Positions 35,743 to 36,728 of a DNA stretch of 36,728 nucleotides are shown here, piece after piece. Source of the DNA: Planctomycetota bacterium (GTDB lineage Bacteria; Planctomycetota; PLA2; JAEUHO01); the NCBI GenBank assembly GCA_027625315.1, contig JAQBWE010000003.1, positions 1 to 36,728 on the forward strand, read 5' to 3'. Position 1 is the stretch's first letter. Every line of letters begins with the position of its first letter. The notes beneath the pieces were generated by a model. The model made no database searches, was not told where the DNA came from, and worked only from the letters and a program-made list of their open reading frames with translations. The position numbers were made by a program, and so were the translations under genes.

Positions 35743-36728
35743 GTGAGTGGCACCGTCCTTCGCATCATCACCCGCCTGAACCGCGGCGGTCCCCTGCGCC
35801 AACTCTGCGCCCTGGTTCCCGAACTCGCCCGGCTGGGCTGGACGGGGCCCGTCATCACAGGCCAGGTGGGGCGGCAGGAACCGGACGGTACGCGCGAGCT
35901 GGAGGCCCACGGCGCCGAGGTGATCGTGGTGCGCGCACTACGTCCCGGCATCGATCCATCGGCCGACCCACGCGCGATGAAGGCGATCGCGGCGCTGGTC
36001 CGGCACCACCGGCCCGACGTTGTCCACTCGCACACAGCGAAGGCCGGGATGTTCGCGCGTGTTGCCGCGCACCTGGCGGGCGTGCCTGCGGTACACACCT
36101 TTCACGGGCACCACTTCGAGGCTCCCTGGCCGGGCGGCATGCTTGCTCGGCTTGGCGAGCGGATGCTCAGTCGCTACACCGATGCTGCGATCGCGCTGAC
36201 GGAGCGGCAGCGGCGCGACATCGTGGTCGTGCACCGGGTGCTACCCGCGGCCAAGGTGCACGTGGTGGGGCCGGGACTCGACGCCGCGGGCTTTCGCGCG
36301 CGCGCCCAGGCGGGCCCGCCGCCGTGGCCACCCAGCGACTGTCCTCGGTTCTTGTGGACGGGCCGATTCGTCGCCGTCAAGGAGCCGGGTCTCCTGGTCG
36401 AGGCCGTCGCGCGGGCCAAGGCCAAGTTCCACGTGACCATGCTGGGGCGTGGACCGCTGCTCGCCTCCGTGCGGGCGCACATTCAGCGCGCCGGCCTTGA
36501 GGATCGCATCGCGTGCCCCGGTTCGGTTGCGGACGTCGCGCCCTGGGTCGCGGCCGCGGACGCTGTCGTGCTGTGCTCACGGAGCGAAGGCACGCCGCTC
36601 TCGTTGCTAGAGGCCCTGGCGGTCGGCACACCGGTGATTGCGCCCACGGTCGGCGGCATCCCGGATGTCATCCGGCACGAGGGCGAGGGCCTGTGGGTGC
36701 CGCCGGGCGACGCGGGTGCCCTGGCGGC
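35743..36728 (+). CDS. Glycosyltransferase family 4 (GT-B), 3'-truncated by the window edge; absent from the ORF track
   Basis: Manual translation from GTG 35743: VLRIITRLNRGGP...RPDVVHSHTAKAG...HTFHGH...GRFVAVK...SRSEGTPLSLLEALAVGTPVIA..VGGIPDVI (E-x7-E motif). Confidence 0.92.
   Translation, partial: MSGTVLRIITRLNRGGPLRQLCALVPELARLGWTGPVITGQVGRQEPDGTRELEAHGAEVIVVRALRPGIDPSADPRAMKAIAALVRHHRPDVVHSHTAKAGMFARVAAHLAGVPAVHTFHGHHFEAPWPGGMLARLGERMLSRYTDAAIALTERQRRDIVVVHRVLPAAKVHVVGPGLDAAGFRARAQAGPPPWPPSDCPRFLWTGRFVAVKEPGLLVEAVARAKAKFHVTMLGRGPLLASVRAHIQRAGLEDRIACPGSVADVAPWVAAADAVVLCSRSEGTPLSLLEALAVGTPVIAPTVGGIPDVIRHEGEGLWVPPGDAGALA

Overview
High-GC bacterial chromosomal window, most likely from a Planctomycetota genome (inferred from the PSD/DUF1592-DUF1552 pair, planctomycete-type cytochrome c domains and a planctomycete-style extended ACP). 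From left to right: a partial HNH protein; a DUF1592/DUF1552 pair; a PQQ/GSDH-cytochrome c fusion; an intact but catalytically dead RAYT-like HUH transposase homologue; and an exported thioredoxin-fold selenoprotein (UGPC motif with a SECIS-like hairpin) that the ORF track splits in two. Next is a ten-gene type II FAS/PKS cluster (2 active KS, 2 Cys-less KS/CLF, 2 FabZ-like DH, KR, FabL-like ER, AcpS, and an ACP with a C-terminal CxxC-CxxC ribbon) with a divergent methyltransferase-like gene. Then come a PilZ protein, a histone-like-tail protein, a stand-alone divergent rplC with its own promoter, and an anti-sigma/RseB-like/lolC-E/lolD run behind an ECF-type promoter. The right part holds tRNA-Ala(GGC) followed directly by a cobalamin riboswitch controlling an uncharacterised lipoprotein, an aminotransferase, a large exported protein with a GspG-like tail interrupted by one in-frame TAG, threonine aldolase and a partial GT4 glycosyltransferase. 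All calls come from reading motifs by eye; no searches were run.
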